Assembly: GCA_040285855.1 (NCBI GenBank)
Contig: JAUFOQ010000010.1
Location: forward strand, 1,860,001 to 1,924,000
From: Eukaryota sp. GEM-RC1
Lineage: Eukaryota
DNA: 64,000 nt
Direction: 5' to 3'
Numbering within the stretch: the stretch's first letter is position 1; each line of letters opens with the position of its first letter. The position numbers were made by a program, and so were the translations under genes. Shown here one piece after another: positions 1 through 13,458 of the stretch. The notes under the pieces are model-generated. The model was not told where the DNA came from. It did not search any database and saw only the letters and a list, made by a program, of their open reading frames with translations.

Positions 1-851
1 ATCCTTGGGCTATTTCATCTGGTGTGTTTTCACTAATACAACAACGCAACTATAAATGGACAAAAGACCGCTTGAAAAAGCTTCAGACCCTTGTAAAGTA
101 CCATCTCCATCTTGCATACTCTCTTCATTGCTATAACAACAAAGTACAACACACTCCCCAGTTCGATGTCTCTATCTTTTTAGACTCAATTGACTGGGAT
201 GAAATAACGACTGCTATTTGCCCTATCTACATGTCTCCTGATGTTGTTCGTTCAGTCTATCTCCATCACTTTTCTTCTTTTTCTAATAGTCCAATGTCTC
301 CAAGTGATCTCACCCTCCTCCAGTCTCTTGTCCCTCCATCAGGTTCTCCTCCTCAAGTACTAGATTGGTCAGTCATAACTCAACAATACAACCTCCAAAC
401 TTCTCAATCCTTCCCAATCCTTCCCTCCCGTTCCACTTCCTCTCTCTTCTCTCACTACATGAAGAAGATCGTAACCCCATCATACTCCTTTAACTACCCT
501 TTAGCTCTCTCTTATCTAGAACACAATCCCAATGCTCTCCGTGCTGCTTGTGCTGTTGGTGGGATACCAGAACCCTCGATAAAGACTCTTCAAGAGAGAT
601 ATCTAAGGAAAGTTAGGAAGGCTATTAGAGTTGGTGGTTGGACTCTGAATGATGATTTGAAGTTGATATTGGCTATGGGAATGTATAAGAATTATCATCA
701 GAAGGATCACTGCTTACGTGTCATGATGTGTTCTCAAGCCGTACATGTGAAAACACCAGTGTATAGGCTGGTTGCTCAACATTTTACTGGGAAAGATAAG
801 GGAGCTATTGTTAACAGAACTCGACAATTGAAGGGAAGGGGAAAAGCTTAG
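1..851 (+). CDS. Myb/SANT-repeat protein, 5'-partial (possibly SNAPC4/SNAP190-like)
   Basis: Frame is open from base 3. Spaced Trp motifs resemble Myb repeats: YKWTKDRLKKL, IDWDEIT, LDWSVIT, GGWTLNDDLKLILAM...YRLVAQHF.GK. Confidence 0.5.
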   Translation, partial: PWAISSGVFSLIQQRNYKWTKDRLKKLQTLVKYHLHLAYSLHCYNNKVQHTPQFDVSIFLDSIDWDEITTAICPIYMSPDVVRSVYLHHFSSFSNSPMSPSDLTLLQSLVPPSGSPPQVLDWSVITQQYNLQTSQSFPILPSRSTSSLFSHYMKKIVTPSYSFNYPLALSYLEHNPNALRAACAVGGIPEPSIKTLQERYLRKVRKAIRVGGWTLNDDLKLILAMGMYKNYHQKDHCLRVMMCSQAVHVKTPVYRLVAQHFTGKDKGAIVNRTRQLKGRGKA

Positions 852-1723
852 TTTTAAAATGTCGGATATATTCAATTTTGTCTGTTATATTTAACTTTCA
901 TGAAGAAGTACATAGTAGTACTTATTGACAATTTAATTTTTGGTATTAATTTGTTTCAGCAACTGTTTTGACTAATTCTTCATTTTTGATGATTTCAACT
1001 TGTATACAGAACTTCAGCTTAATGTAGATCTACTGCTGTATTTCATGATTGTTTTATCTTTTTCGTTCATTTCACTTTTAGATTCAGTTCAGAATTAATA
1101 ATCGCACGACCAAAACTCATTTAAAAATAGACATAAAATTGGAATAATTTAATAATTTACTCTATTAAAGTACGACTTGATGTGATTACAAATAATTACA
1201 ATATAAGCATCAAAATGCTGCTGAGCAAAAGTATAAAACAACAACAAATGAGACACACTCATAGAAGGAATTGTTAAAAAGAAGAACCGTTTTTCTTTTT
1301 TAAAAATGGTACATAGACTATGAAATTGGAATGGTTTGAGTATTTACTGCATGTACTACAAAATAACGAATGTCCTTAAAACTATTCCAATGTCGATGTC
1401 AAGAATCCATGTTCTTTATCAAAAGTTCAACAATACATAACCAAAGACCTCTCCGGAAGTCCCACTCAAAAATCTACCATTACGTGGGGAATCAACTCTA
1501 CTAAATTACTGAAAATCAAATCATACATTTATTCAAGAATAAATTACATTTGGTTTCAAAAAAAGGATGATAATAAAACAAAAATCGAAGCATATACAAG
1601 TCAATCAAAAAGATCTAAATCCAAGTCCAATATACAAATATAGTATACAACTATAACTAACTAAGGAAACAAACACAACATTCAAAAAAACAACCTAAAC
1701 CCCAATACAAATCAATGATGACG

Positions 1724-2977
1724 TCATCTTTTAATACCAAACTTATACCCAGCTTGAGAATATATAGACCGATTCAGGTTATTAGTAGCTCCAACATTTC
1801 CCTTACTTAAAACTGAGTGGAATCCATAAGGATCAAAGCCATTCATTGGAGCTGGAGGTAGTCCAGTGTGGTGTAAGGTGGTTTTAAATCGGTGAGCAAA
1901 TGTTTTTGATGGAACTCCTAGATTAGCCTCTTGTGAACTAACAGAAGGAAGTACCAATCGATGGTGATTGTGATTGGTTCTGGGTTGATTGATGACGTGA
2001 TGAGAGTCGTGATGAAGAGACGGTTTACTTCGGGAACTTCGTTTTAGACGTTTGCCACGACTGCTTTTGGATAGATTATCAGAAGAATTCTCGTGAAGTC
2101 CTTCAAAGAATGGGTGTGATAGAGCTTCCGAAGCAGTGATTATCCTTGACTCATCTAAATCTAACATCTTCTGCATCAGGTCAACTCCACTCTGTCCGAT
2201 AATAGGTAAATATGGCCTAAAAACGTCATCTTTTGAGCGAAGTCTCATTGAAGAATATCCTCGAAATCGTGGGTTTTTCTGTAACACTTCTATTAAACAC
2301 GGTGGCAGAGGTCCAAGAGTAGACAGTATCAGTGAGAGTTGGTCAACATCTGAATCCCCAGCAAACAGAGGCCTACCTGTTGCCAGCTCAGCAAGAACGC
2401 AGCCAGTAGCCCACATATCCACAGCGTTGTTGTAGGGAAGGCCAAGGAGCAAGGAGGGGGAGCGGTACCATCGAGTTGCCACGTATTCAGTGAGGGTTTC
2501 GTTGATGAGATCAGAGTGGCTTGCCTTGCGTGCGAAACCAAAGTCACAGAGGTAGAGGAGGTCGTCTTTGGTAACTAAGAGGTTTTCCAGTTTGATGTCT
2601 CGGTGGAGGACTCCTTGCTGGTGGATGAAAGAGAGAGCACGGATGAGTTGGTAGAGGTACCATCGGATTTTGTTTATGGGGAGGCCATTGTGATGGGATT
2701 CAAGAACTTCTAGCATGTTGTAATCGGCATAGTTGAAGACCATATGGAGACGGCCTTTGTGTTTGAAAGCCTTGAGGAGTTTGACGACGTTTTCATGTTG
2801 TAACATGCGAAGCATTCTGCATTCACGGATGCTGATTCGTTCAATCGCCTCATCGTCTTCAGTATTTTTAAATCGTTTAATAGCTACAACGGAGTTTGAT
2901 TCTTTGTCAAGACAGCGAAGAACAACTCCGTAAGAGCCTTCGCCTATGACGTTGAGAACTTCGTAAGACGATAGCAT
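1724..2977 (-). CDS. Cyclin-dependent kinase-like (CDKL family, CMGC) Ser/Thr kinase
   Basis: GEGSYG, VAIKRFK, HRDIKLEN, DFG, TEYVATRWYRSP, LFAGDSDVDQL, then a basic low-complexity tail. Intact and intronless. Confidence 0.92.
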   Translation of the reverse strand: MLSSYEVLNVIGEGSYGVVLRCLDKESNSVVAIKRFKNTEDDEAIERISIRECRMLRMLQHENVVKLLKAFKHKGRLHMVFNYADYNMLEVLESHHNGLPINKIRWYLYQLIRALSFIHQQGVLHRDIKLENLLVTKDDLLYLCDFGFARKASHSDLINETLTEYVATRWYRSPSLLLGLPYNNAVDMWATGCVLAELATGRPLFAGDSDVDQLSLILSTLGPLPPCLIEVLQKNPRFRGYSSMRLRSKDDVFRPYLPIIGQSGVDLMQKMLDLDESRIITASEALSHPFFEGLHENSSDNLSKSSRGKRLKRSSRSKPSLHHDSHHVINQPRTNHNHHRLVLPSVSSQEANLGVPSKTFAHRFKTTLHHTGLPPAPMNGFDPYGFHSVLSKGNVGATNNLNRSIYSQAGYKFGIKR

Positions 2978-3374
2978 GCACCAAAGTGCGGGAAAAACAG
3001 AGGGAGATGGTTCGAGTACGAAGTCTTTCGGGAAGAAGTTTGGTCTATTTTCGGTTACAATATGATTTTGGTCCTTCGATCTGTTTTTCGCGTTTTGTAG
3101 GTATCACCTTGCTGGTCACGTGTCTCATCATCATTATATCCTTCTATACGTCAAAATCGATCTCGAATGCACTCACACAGGTTACTCCTTCATTACTGTT
3201 GGAAATTCCATTGGAAAAACTACATGCATTGATCTGAATCACAAATACCTTTTGTATCTGGTTCATTTACTTATACAACACCTAACACGATTGTCTACCG
3301 TAGTTTTTACAAGTATGTACAACATGGTCAAGAATTTTGTACATGTACTTACTATACATGTACATATTCATCAT

Positions 3375-3410
3375 TTTGTAGGAAGATTACCTTTCTGGAT
3401 ACCGAATAAA
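3375..3410 (+). mobile_element. Isolated 3'-end remnant of the RLE non-LTR retrotransposon family
   Basis: TTTGTAGGAAGATTACCTTTCTGGATACCGAATAAA matches the 3' end of the element at 34444-34479 (TTTGTAGGAAGGTTACCTTATTGGGTGCCGAATAAA). Confidence 0.6.
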
Positions 3411-3920
3411 GTTGTTGTTTGTTCAGAATGGAAATTTAGTTGTGGAAAAAGATGAAGAAGTAACTGACCAGGATTAAACTACGCATCTATATATATTGTT
3501 TCATAAATACAATTCTGTTCTGAACATAATTAATTAATTAAACACCAACACAAGTCGACATCATCAGAACTGTTAATAATCCTATTTTGAGTTTCAAATG
3601 TAAGTTCATTCGTACCATTAATGCCGTTGTCATCAGCCGTAGCAACACTGCTTAACTGGTCTGCACATGTCTTTGTGAACGAGTAAATATGCTGATGGTA
3701 ATAACACCTCCATTCAGTGTGTGACCGGAAGTTCTTAAATCCAACGACGAGTAACGGTGGTTATCAGTAAATGATCTGTATTTGTTGTTGTAAAATAACA
3801 AGTTTTTTCACTCAAATCGCATTCAATCTCACATAACTTTGTCCGAAATAAATGGGAGCAAAGAATGGTCCATGTGTTATCAAAATAGTATTTATCAAGG
3901 AAATTGTTTGGATTTCCATA

Positions 3921-6823
3921 ATGAGCACCGTCAACATCAAAGTTGCGGTCAGGGTTCGACCTCTTGTTGGTACAGAACCACCACCACGAACGTGGAGTAC
4001 CAACAACTGTGTGATCTCTGCAGATTCCTTTAATCTCTTATATCAGTTCGATCATGTCTTTGATGAATCCAGCTCCAACTCTCATCTTTACAACTCTGTT
4101 GCCTCTCCCATTGTTCTTGATGCTATTAATGGTTTTCATGGAACCATCTTTGCTTATGGCCAGACTTCTTCAGGTAAAACTCATACAATGATCGGAAGTG
4201 AACCTGATCCTGGTATCATATATCGAGCTTTACTTCACATCTTTGATCACATTGAATCTTCTCCTGAACGTCGCTTCCTTTGCCGTGTCTCCTTCATTGA
4301 AATCTATAATGAAGATGTCTTTGATCTCCTAGAACCCAGGAATAGCCCTTATCTTCGTACTGATCCTCAGAACAAGAGTGTTATTCTCTGTAATGTTCTA
4401 GAATATGTTGTAATGTCAGTTGAAGAAGCCTTAGAACAACTTGAGAAGGGTAATCAACGAAGACACGTGGGAGTTACTAGAATGAATTACAGGTCGTCAC
4501 GTTCACATGCTGTGTTCAGAATTATTCTTGAATCCAAAGGTAATTCGAAAGACAGTGATGGTGCTGTAAGAATTTCTCACTTGAATTTGGTTGATTTAGC
4601 TGGATCTGAAAGAGCCTCTCAAACAGGAGCAAAAGGAACTCAACTAAGGGAAGCTTCGAATATTAACAAAAGTTTACTTTATTTGGGCACTTTAATTGCT
4701 AAATTACAGTCCAATCCAAATGCTCATATCAATTACAGAGATTCTAAACTTACACACGTGTTGATGAATGCTCTGGGTGGAAACTCTCTTACTGCAATGA
4801 TTTGTTGTATTAATGCTGCTTATCACCACTTTGAAGTAAGTAAAACAACTCTAGAGTTTGCAACTCGAGCAAAGAATGTCAAGAATAAGGCCAAAGTTAA
4901 TGAAGTTTTAGATGATAGAGCTTTACTCAAGAAGTATGAAAAGGATATTAAACAGTTAAAAGAAAAGAATTTACAATTAATGTTGAATCAACGTACTTTT
5001 GAAGGAAAAGAACCAAAGAAGGAGTTCAACCGTCGTTTCACTTGGTTTCCAGGACTTACCTCTAGTGTTTCTATTGAATCTCCAACAAGACCTGTTCCCA
5101 AGCCTAAGAACTGTTTAGATTTTACTTCGTTTGTTGAACCATTGAGTTCTACTCTTGGTGCTTTTGATGACTTCAAGCCTAAATCTGAAAGTTCTACTGA
5201 GTTACTTAAAAAGGACAGACTAATTAGTGAGCTGACAATAGAACTGGAAAAGTTCAAGGATCAAGTATCTACTCTAGAAAGTGATAAATTCTTTGTTGAA
5301 AAGGAATTAAATGAGAAGAAATTAATTAATACTGAATTGTCCAGTGAAATCCAAGCTTTGAAGAATTCTACTAACGAGGAAATCGATTCTAAATTACAGG
5401 AATTTGTCGCTTTAAATTCAACTCTCGAGTCTCAACTAAAAGAGAAGGAAATAATTAATACTGAATTGTCCAGTGAAATCCAAGCTTTGAAGAATTCTAC
5501 TAACGAGGAAATCGATTCTAAATTACAGGAATTTGTCGCTTTAAATTCAACTCTCGAGTCTCAACTAAAAGAGAAGGAAATAATTAATACTGAATTGTCC
5601 AGTGAAATCCAAGCTTTGAAGAATTCTACTAAGGAGGAAATCGATTCTAAATTACAGGAACTTGTCGCTTTAAATTCAACTCTCGAGTCTCAACTAAAAG
5701 AGAAGGAAGTAATTAATACTGAATTGTCCAGTGAAATCCAAGCTTTGAAGATTTCTACTAACGAGGAAATCGATTCTAAATTACAGGAACTTGTCGCTTT
5801 AAATTCAACTCTTGAGTCTCAGCTAAAAGAGAAGGAAGTAATTAATACTGTATTGTCCATTGAAATCCAAGCTTTGAAGATTTCTACTAACGAGGAAATC
5901 GATTCTAAATTACAGGAACTTGTCGCTTTGACTTCAACTCTCGAGTCTCAACTAAAAAAGAAGGAAGTAATTAATACTGAATTGTCCAGTGAAATCCAAG
6001 CTTTGAAGAATTCTACTAACGAGGAAATCGATTCTAAGTTACAGGAACTTGTCGCTTTGACTTCAACTCTCGAGTCTCAACTAAAGGAGAAGGAAGTAAT
6101 TAATACTGAATTGTCCAGTGAAATCCAAGCTTTGAAGAATTCTACCAATGATGAAATCGATTCTGAATTACAGGAATCTGTCGCTTTGATCTCAACTCTC
6201 GAGTCTCAACTAAAAGATAGGGAATTAGTGAATACTGAATTGTCAAGTGTATTACAAGCGCTTTGTTTGACTAACGAGGAAATGGAATCGAAATCACATG
6301 AACTTGTCACTTTAAATTCAACTCTTGAGTCTCAACTACAAGAGAAGGAATTTGTTAATACTGAATTGTCCATCGAAATTCAATTTTTGAAGAAATCTAC
6401 TAGTGGGGAAATCGATTTTAAAATACAGGAACTTGTCGATTTAAATTATACACTCGAGTCTCAACTAAAAGATAAGGAAGTAATTATTACTGAATTGTCC
6501 AGTGAAATCCAAGCTTTGAAGAATTCTACTAACGAGGAAATCGATTTTAAATTACAGGAACTTGTCGCCTTGACTTCAACTCTCGAGTCGAAATTGAAAC
6601 GTGAGCGATTACACAGTAAGTCGCTTGCTCTTCAACTGGAATTACAATCCATGGCAAATGTCCAAAATTGTAAAAGGCCGGAATTCTTCCTTCTGGCGCT
6701 AGAGAGTCAGGAGATTTCTCCCTGGCAACACTGGAAGCATTGAGGAAGGCTGACAAAAAGGGCCGAAAGTGTGGTGTGTGTGGGAAGACCGGCCACGACA
6801 AACGAAATTGTAAGGCCAAGTAG
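3921..6823 (+). CDS. Kinesin-7 (CENP-E-like) copy A: motor, 10 x 43-aa coiled-coil repeats, C-terminal CCHC zinc knuckle
   Basis: IKVAVRVRP, P-loop GQTSSGKT, SSRSH, DLAGSER. One A is missing in a run near 6672-6675 relative to copy 2; restoring it gives the tail RKCGVCGKTGHDKRNCKAK*. An alternative in-frame ATG lies at 3852. Confidence 0.88.
5307..6593 (+). repeat. Coding tandem repeat, 129-bp unit x10
   Basis: Unit LKEKEVINTELSSEIQALKNSTNEEIDSKLQELVALNSTLESQ; units 7-9 are more diverged. Confidence 0.95.
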
Positions 6824-7136
6824 TTTTTTTATTTTTTGTAACATATAATAGTTTTTATCCAAAATTCTAGATGTATATTACTAAGCTTTGGAATTTAAAG
6901 AGTTTGACAACTGCTGTTGAATCAACCTATTTTTGAACACTCTATGTATCTCACAATTCTGTAAATGCAGCCTTTTCTTGTATTGTTTCTCATTTCCCAG
7001 GTTCAAGTGCACAAATTTTTAAAAGGTTTCAATTGTTGATTTCAGACGGTTCTTTATTCAGATTCGGTCTTGAAGTTGACGTTATTGATGACATCATCAA
7101 ATGTCACAACTACCTGTGATATAGCCACCCAATCTC

Positions 7137-8658
7137 ATGACCAATTCAAGTGACTCTCGACCCTCTTCTAGAACTTCCAACACCACTGATGTCAAAAGTC
7201 CTCCTTCTAAACGTCCTCGAGTTCTAGATAGTCTTGCTCTTCCATATACTTATTGCTTCCCTTCAAATTGTCTCTGCAACAACCTCTATTCCCTGCAAAG
7301 AGGCAACCTTCTTACTGACACTGTCATTACCTACGATGGCAACTCTTTCCACTGTCATTCCTTCGTCGTCAGTGCTTTTTGGTTGTTTAAAAGAATTATA
7401 TAAAGATGAACATTCTCTAGATCCAAATACCAGTAAAACCTTAAAATTTCCAGATGACTTTAGAGTAGAATTGTTTAAAGTTTTCGAGTTTTTAGATTCA
7501 TTTGGTGATTGTCCCTTAGTTTCCACTTTATTGGAGTGGTTAATCCAAATTTTTAAAAATGTGAATAGTTTTACAAATATTCCTCCAGATTGGTTTCTGT
7601 GGACCTTACAAAAGAATTCTAATTATTTCACTGATTTATCACTTTTTGGTGAATGTTTACTTTCCATTGTTACAATAGAATCTTTAGAGAATTATCTTAA
7701 TTTATGTTTACCAGAGAATTATCTTGAAGTTCTTTGTTCAATAATTCCTTGTGATTTCTGCATGTGGCTTGGTAACTGTCTTGGAAAAATCCTGAGGAAT
7801 TCAATCTTGCTTGGAATATAAAATGTAGATGGATTTGTCAAATGTGTTCAATTAATTATGAAGAACCCTGATTTGGATGTAATGATGTTCTTAAAAAGAT
7901 TAATGGAAATCCGTCAAGATAATCATCTTTGATCATGTATCAATTCTTTTGTGGCAGAGACTTCTTTTGACTTCTGCTCATTGCGGGAAAAAGAGCTCAA
8001 AGCTGGTAATCAACTTTATCTAGAAGGACTGCAGTTCTTCAATGGAAAGGCGGTGACTTCGAATTATGTAAAGGCCTTTACTTTGTTTAATGAAGGGGCA
8101 AAGATCATTCACGATGATTGTATATTCAAATTAGGAAATTGTTATTATTCAGGTTTAGGAGTGGACGAGAATCTCGTCAAAGCTACTGATTACTTTAAAA
8201 AAGCTGCTGACATGGGAAATGTATTAGGAATGCTTAATTTGGGAGATTGTTTCTTGCATGGTCACGGAGTAGAGGAGAATTTAAATGACGCTCTGTTGTG
8301 GTTCAGAAAAGCCGCAGAGTTGGGAAATTCTGAAGCATTTTATCTTCTTTATCATTGTTATTCAAACGAATTTGGAGTTAAAAGGGATATAGAGAAAGGT
8401 TTCAGTTATTTACAAGTGGCTGTGCACATGGGGAATGCTGAAGCAATGCATTCTTTGGGATGTGCTTTCTGGAATGGTGATGGGGTTGAAATGAATTTTA
8501 AAGAGGCATTTAGCTATTTTAAATTAGCTTCTGAAGGAGGTTCTTCTAATGGAATGGTCAGTCTAGGTGAATACTACCGAGATGGTATTGGATTTCCAAG
8601 AGATGAAGAAAAAGCCATTAAATTGATTAAGCAATCTCAAGAATATTTTTGCAGTTGA
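7137..8658 (+). pseudogene. BTB/POZ plus Sel1-like repeat protein, disrupted (copy 1)
   Basis: BTB start (LTDTVITYDGNSFHCHSFVVSA). Frameshift in the T run near 7376-7380. In-frame TAA at 7819 and TGA at 7930. About 6 Sel1 repeats (LGxCYxxGxGV...A..YFKKAA). Confidence 0.75.
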
Positions 8659-9877
8659 TCATTTAATTTCTTGGTACAAGAACAAATACCAAAAGGTTCG
8701 CAATTTAGAATCACTGAATTACTGGAAAAGAAGAAGGTGGAATTAGATATTTCTGACACTATTGATCCTTTAAACAGACGAGGATTGTTGTAAGAGGAAT
8801 GTTGTGGATAGATGTTGTGGATATGGAAGCTATGTTCGTGGAAGCTCGATTTCTCGATTTTCGAGAGCGTTTTGTTTGTGTCAAGGTGCTTATTTTAGAT
8901 GCCGGAACTGTTTTTTAACATAAGTATGGAATTTATGAAGGTTAGGTCAAAACACACGTTTCATCCTGAGTGGGTGACGTGATTTCCGGTATGACACGTG
9001 GGGGTAGAGTAACCGAAAACTAACGTTGTTTCAATTAGAATCTAAGAATTAATGTATATTAATACAATTACACCACAGCAGCATTATAGAAATTAACTTT
9101 AGATGGTGGTTTTAAAAAAGCCTCAAATTTAAAGAATTCTGAAGGAACTATTTTACTGTTATATTCTCTTAAATATTCTGTTTAAAGACCCAAAATTAAG
9201 TATAATAGATAACAGATGAAATGCTACCAATCTGATCTTGTATACAGTTAATTTACCTCTGACTTTCAAATTGAATGACTTAAATGAGTTCATTGTGTTT
9301 CATCATAATTAGATAGTGTTTATGTTTGATCTTTTAGGAATTCTATTGTTACTTTATTTATTCATTGAACGAAGTAATTTTGCTCATTATTAATTTGGTA
9401 ATTTATACTATTACATGGTTCTGAAAATCTAAGTTCACCACCCACATTGTTTATGTTCATCATTTTTTCAACTTTTCTTCAAGAAGTATGGTCTAACCAA
9501 TATTGATTCATTTTTTGAGTTCCTGGATATACTCTTTTTTTAATTGTCTTCTATCGTAAAGATCTGAAGATATTTAACTGTATTAAACTCATTTATCTTC
9601 CGTTTAACGAATTATTTCAGCTAAATTTAAAATTTTTCTAGATTATCAGTTTCTTATTTGATTCGGAGGGTGATTCGTATCAGACATATGATCACGTTCT
9701 ATCCCGACTCTATATTTCTGATCAATAGTAGTAGCTGGATTCAAAACCTCTGATCACATACATGGAATGAAACAGTCAAGTAACTCACTACTCACCATGG
9801 AGTAAAGGGACCTATTGAATCTAATTGTGTTAAAAACAACAACTAAAGTGAACTTTGATACAAACTTTCTCTCAGAC

Positions 9878-11621
9878 ATGACTTCTAGCAACATCAAAGT
9901 TGCGGTCAGGGTTCGACCTCTTGTTGGTACAGAACAAAATCGTGTATGGAATACCAATAGTGCTGTGATCTCTGCAGATTCCTTTAATCTCTTGTATCAG
10001 TTCGATCATGTCTTTGATGAATCCAGCTCTAACTCTCATCTTTACAACTCTGTTGCCTCTCCCATTGTTCTTGATGCTATTAATGGTTTTCATGGAACCA
10101 TCTTTGCTTATGGCCAGACTTCCTCAGGTAAAACTCATACAATGATCGGGAGTGAACCTGATCCTGGTATCGTATATCGAGCTTTACTTCACATCTTTGA
10201 TCACATTGAATCTTCTCCTGAACGTCGCTTCCTTTGCCGTGTCTCCTTCATTGAAATCTATAATGAAGATGTCTTTGATCTCCTAGAACCCACGAATAGC
10301 CCTTATATTCGTACTGATCCTCAGAACAAGAGTGTTATTCTCTGTAATGTTCTAGAATATGTCGTAATGTCAGTTGAAGAAGCATTAGAACAACTTGAGA
10401 AGGGTAATCAACGAAGACACGTGGGAGTTACCTAGAATGAATGACAGGTCCTCACGTTCACATGCAATTTTTAGAATTATTCTTGAATCCAAGGATAATT
10501 TGAAAGATAGTGATGGAGCTGTAAGAATTTCTCACTTGAATTTGGTTGATTTAGCTGGATCTGAAAGAGCCTCTCAAACAGGAGCAAAAGGAACTCAATT
10601 AAGGGAAGCTTCGAATATTAACAAAAGTTTACTTTACTTGGGAACTTTAATTGCTAAATTACAGTCTAATCCAAATGCTCATATTAATTACAGAGATTCT
10701 AAACTTACACACGTGTTGATGAATGCTCTGGGTGGAAATTCCCGTACGGCAGTTATATGTTGTATTAATGCTGCTTATCACCACTTTGAAGTAAGTAGAA
10801 CAACTCTAGAGTTTGCTACTAGAGCAAAGAATGTCAAGAATAAGGCTAAAGTTAATGAAGTTTTAGATGATAGAGCTTTACTCAAGAAGTATGAAAAGGA
10901 TATTAAACAGTTAAAAGAAAAGAATTTACAATTAATGTTGAATCAACGTACTTTTGAAGGAAAGAAGCCAAAGAAGGAGTTCAACCGTCGTTTAACTTGG
11001 TTTCCAGGACTTACCTCTAATATTTCTATTGAATCTCCAACAAGACCTGTTCCCAAGCCTAAGAACGTTTTAGATTTTACTTCTTTTGTTGAACCATTGA
11101 GTTCTACTCTTGGTGCTTTTGATGACTTCAAGCCTAAGTCTGAAAGCACTAGTAAGTTACTTGAAAAGGACAGGTTAATTAGTGAGTTGACAATGGAATT
11201 GGAAAAGTTCAAGGATCAAGTATCTACTCTAGAAAGTGATAAATTCTTTGTTGAAACGGAATTAAAGGAGAAGGAAGTAATTAATACTGAATTGTCCAGT
11301 GAAATCCAAGCTTTGAAGAATTCTACTAACGAGGAAATCGATTTTAAATTACAGGAACTTGTCGCCTTGACTTCAACTCTCGAGTCGAAATTGAAACGTG
11401 AGCGATTACACAGTAAGTCGCTTGCTCTTCAACTGGAATTACAATCCATGGCAAATGTCCAAAATTGTAAAAAGGCCGGAATTCTTCCTTCTGGCGCTAG
11501 AGAGTCAGGAGATTTCTCCCTGGCAACACTGGAAGCATTGAGGAAGGCTGACAAAAAGGGCCGAAAGTGTGGTGTGTGTGGGAAGACCGGCCACGACAAA
11601 CGAAATTGTAAGGCCAAGTAG
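9878..11621 (+). pseudogene. Kinesin-7 chimeric copy (B-type motor, 1 repeat, A-type knuckle tail), frameshifted in the motor
   Basis: Starts MTSSNIKVAV like copy B and ends KGRKCGVCGKTGHDKRNCKAK like copy A. Extra C near 10432 (GTTACCTAGA versus GTTACTAGA). Confidence 0.8.
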
Positions 11622-11934
11622 TTTTTTTATTTTTTGTAACATATAATAGTTTTTATCCAAAATTCTAGATGTATATTACTAAGCTTTGGAATTTAAAGAG
11701 TTTGACAACTGCTGTTGAATCAACCTATTTTTGAACACTCTATGTATCTCACAATTCTGTAAATGCAGCCTTTTCTTGTATTGTTTCTCATTTCCCAGGT
11801 TCAAGTGCACAAATTTTTAAAAGGTTTCAATTGTTGATTTCAGACGGTTCTTTATTCAGAATCGGTCTTGAAGTTGACGTTATTGATGACATCATCAAAT
11901 GTCACAACTACCTGTGATATAGCCACCCAATCTC

Positions 11935-13458
11935 ATGACCAATTCAAGTGACTCTCGACCCTCTTCTAGAACTTCCAACACCACTGATGTCAAAAGTCCT
12001 CCTTCTAAACGTCCTCGAGTTCTAGATAGTCTTGCTCTTCCATATACTTATTGCTTCCCTTCAAATTGTCTCTGCAACAACCTCTATTCCCTGCAAAGAG
12101 GCAACCTTCTTACTGACACTGTCATTACCTACGATGGCAACTCTTTCCACTGTCATTCCTTCGTCGTCAGTGCTTTTTGGTTGTTTAAAAGAATTATATA
12201 AAGATGAACATTCTCTAGATCCAAATACCAGTAAAACCTTAAAATTTCCAGATGACTTTAGAGTAGAATTGTTTAAAGTTTTCGAGTTTTTAGATTCATT
12301 TGGTGATTGTCCCTTAGTTTCCACTTTATTGGAGTGGTTAATCCAAATTTTTAAAAATGTGAATAGTTTTACAAATATTCCTCCAGATTGGTTTCTGTGG
12401 ACCTTACAAAAGAATTCTAATTATTTCACTGATTTATCACTTTTTGGTGAATGTTTACTTTCCATTGTTACAATAGAATCTTTAGAGAATTATCTTAATT
12501 TATGTTTACCAGAGAATTATCTTGAAGTTCTTTGTTCAATAATTCCTTGTGATTTCTGCATGTGGCTTGGTAACTGTCTTGGAAAAATCCTGAGGAATTC
12601 AATCTTGCTTGGAATATAAAATGTAGATGGATTTGTCAAATGTGTTCAATTAATTATGAAGAACCCTGATTTGGATGTAATGATGTTCTTAAAAAGATTA
12701 ATGGAAATCCGTCAAGATAATCATCTTTGATCATGTATCAATTCTTTTGTGGCAGAGACTTCTTTTGACTTCTGCTCATTGCGGGAAAAAAGAGCTCAAA
12801 GCTGGTAATCAACTTTATCTAGAAGGACTGCAGTTCTTCAATGGAAAGGCGGTGACTTCGAATTATGTAAAGGCCTTTACTTTGTTTAATGAAGGGGCAA
12901 AGATCATTCACGATGATTGTATATTCAAATTAGGAAATTGTTATTATTCAGGTTTAGGAGTGGACGAGAATCTCGTCAAAGCTACTGATTACTTTAAAAA
13001 AGCTGCTGACATGGGAAATGTATTAGGAATGCTTAATTTGGGAGATTGTTTCTTGCATGGTCACGGAGTAGAGGAGAATTTAAATGACGCTCTGTTGTGG
13101 TTCAGAAAAGCCGCAGAGTTGGGAAATTCTGAAGCATTTTATCTTCTTTATCATTGTTATTCAAACGAATTTGGAGTTAAAAGGGATATAGAGAAAGGTT
13201 TCAGTTATTTACAAGTGGCTGTGCACATGGGGAATGCTGAAGCAATGCATTCTTTGGGATGTGCTTTCTGGAATGGTGATGGGGTTGAAATGAATTTTAA
13301 AGAGGCATTTAGCTATTTTAAATTAGCTTCTGAAGGAGGTTCTTCTAATGGAATGGTCAGTCTAGGTGAATACTACCGAGATGGTATTGGATTTCCAAGA
13401 GATGAAGAAAAAAGCCATTAAATTGATTAAGCAATCTCAAGAATATTTTTGCAGTTGA
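11935..13458 (+). pseudogene. BTB/POZ plus Sel1-like repeat protein, disrupted (copy 2)
   Basis: Duplicate of 7137-8658 with the same lesions plus extra A's in runs near 12790 and 13410. Confidence 0.75.

Noticed and set aside
2986..3455. Short ORFs 2986-3237 and 3120-3455, and the many antisense ORFs inside larger genes
   Set aside because: No recognisable motifs; they overlap upstream DNA, retroelement remnants or real genes on the other strand.
7772..7828. Possible 57-nt intron removing the TAA in the BTB-Sel1 gene
   Set aside because: The GTAACT donor and the 3' end do not fit the local consensus, and the other lesions would remain.
7819..7932. Stop-codon reassignment suggested by in-frame TAA and TGA
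   Set aside because: Intact genes in the window end in TAA, TAG and TGA and have no internal stops; pseudogenisation is simpler.
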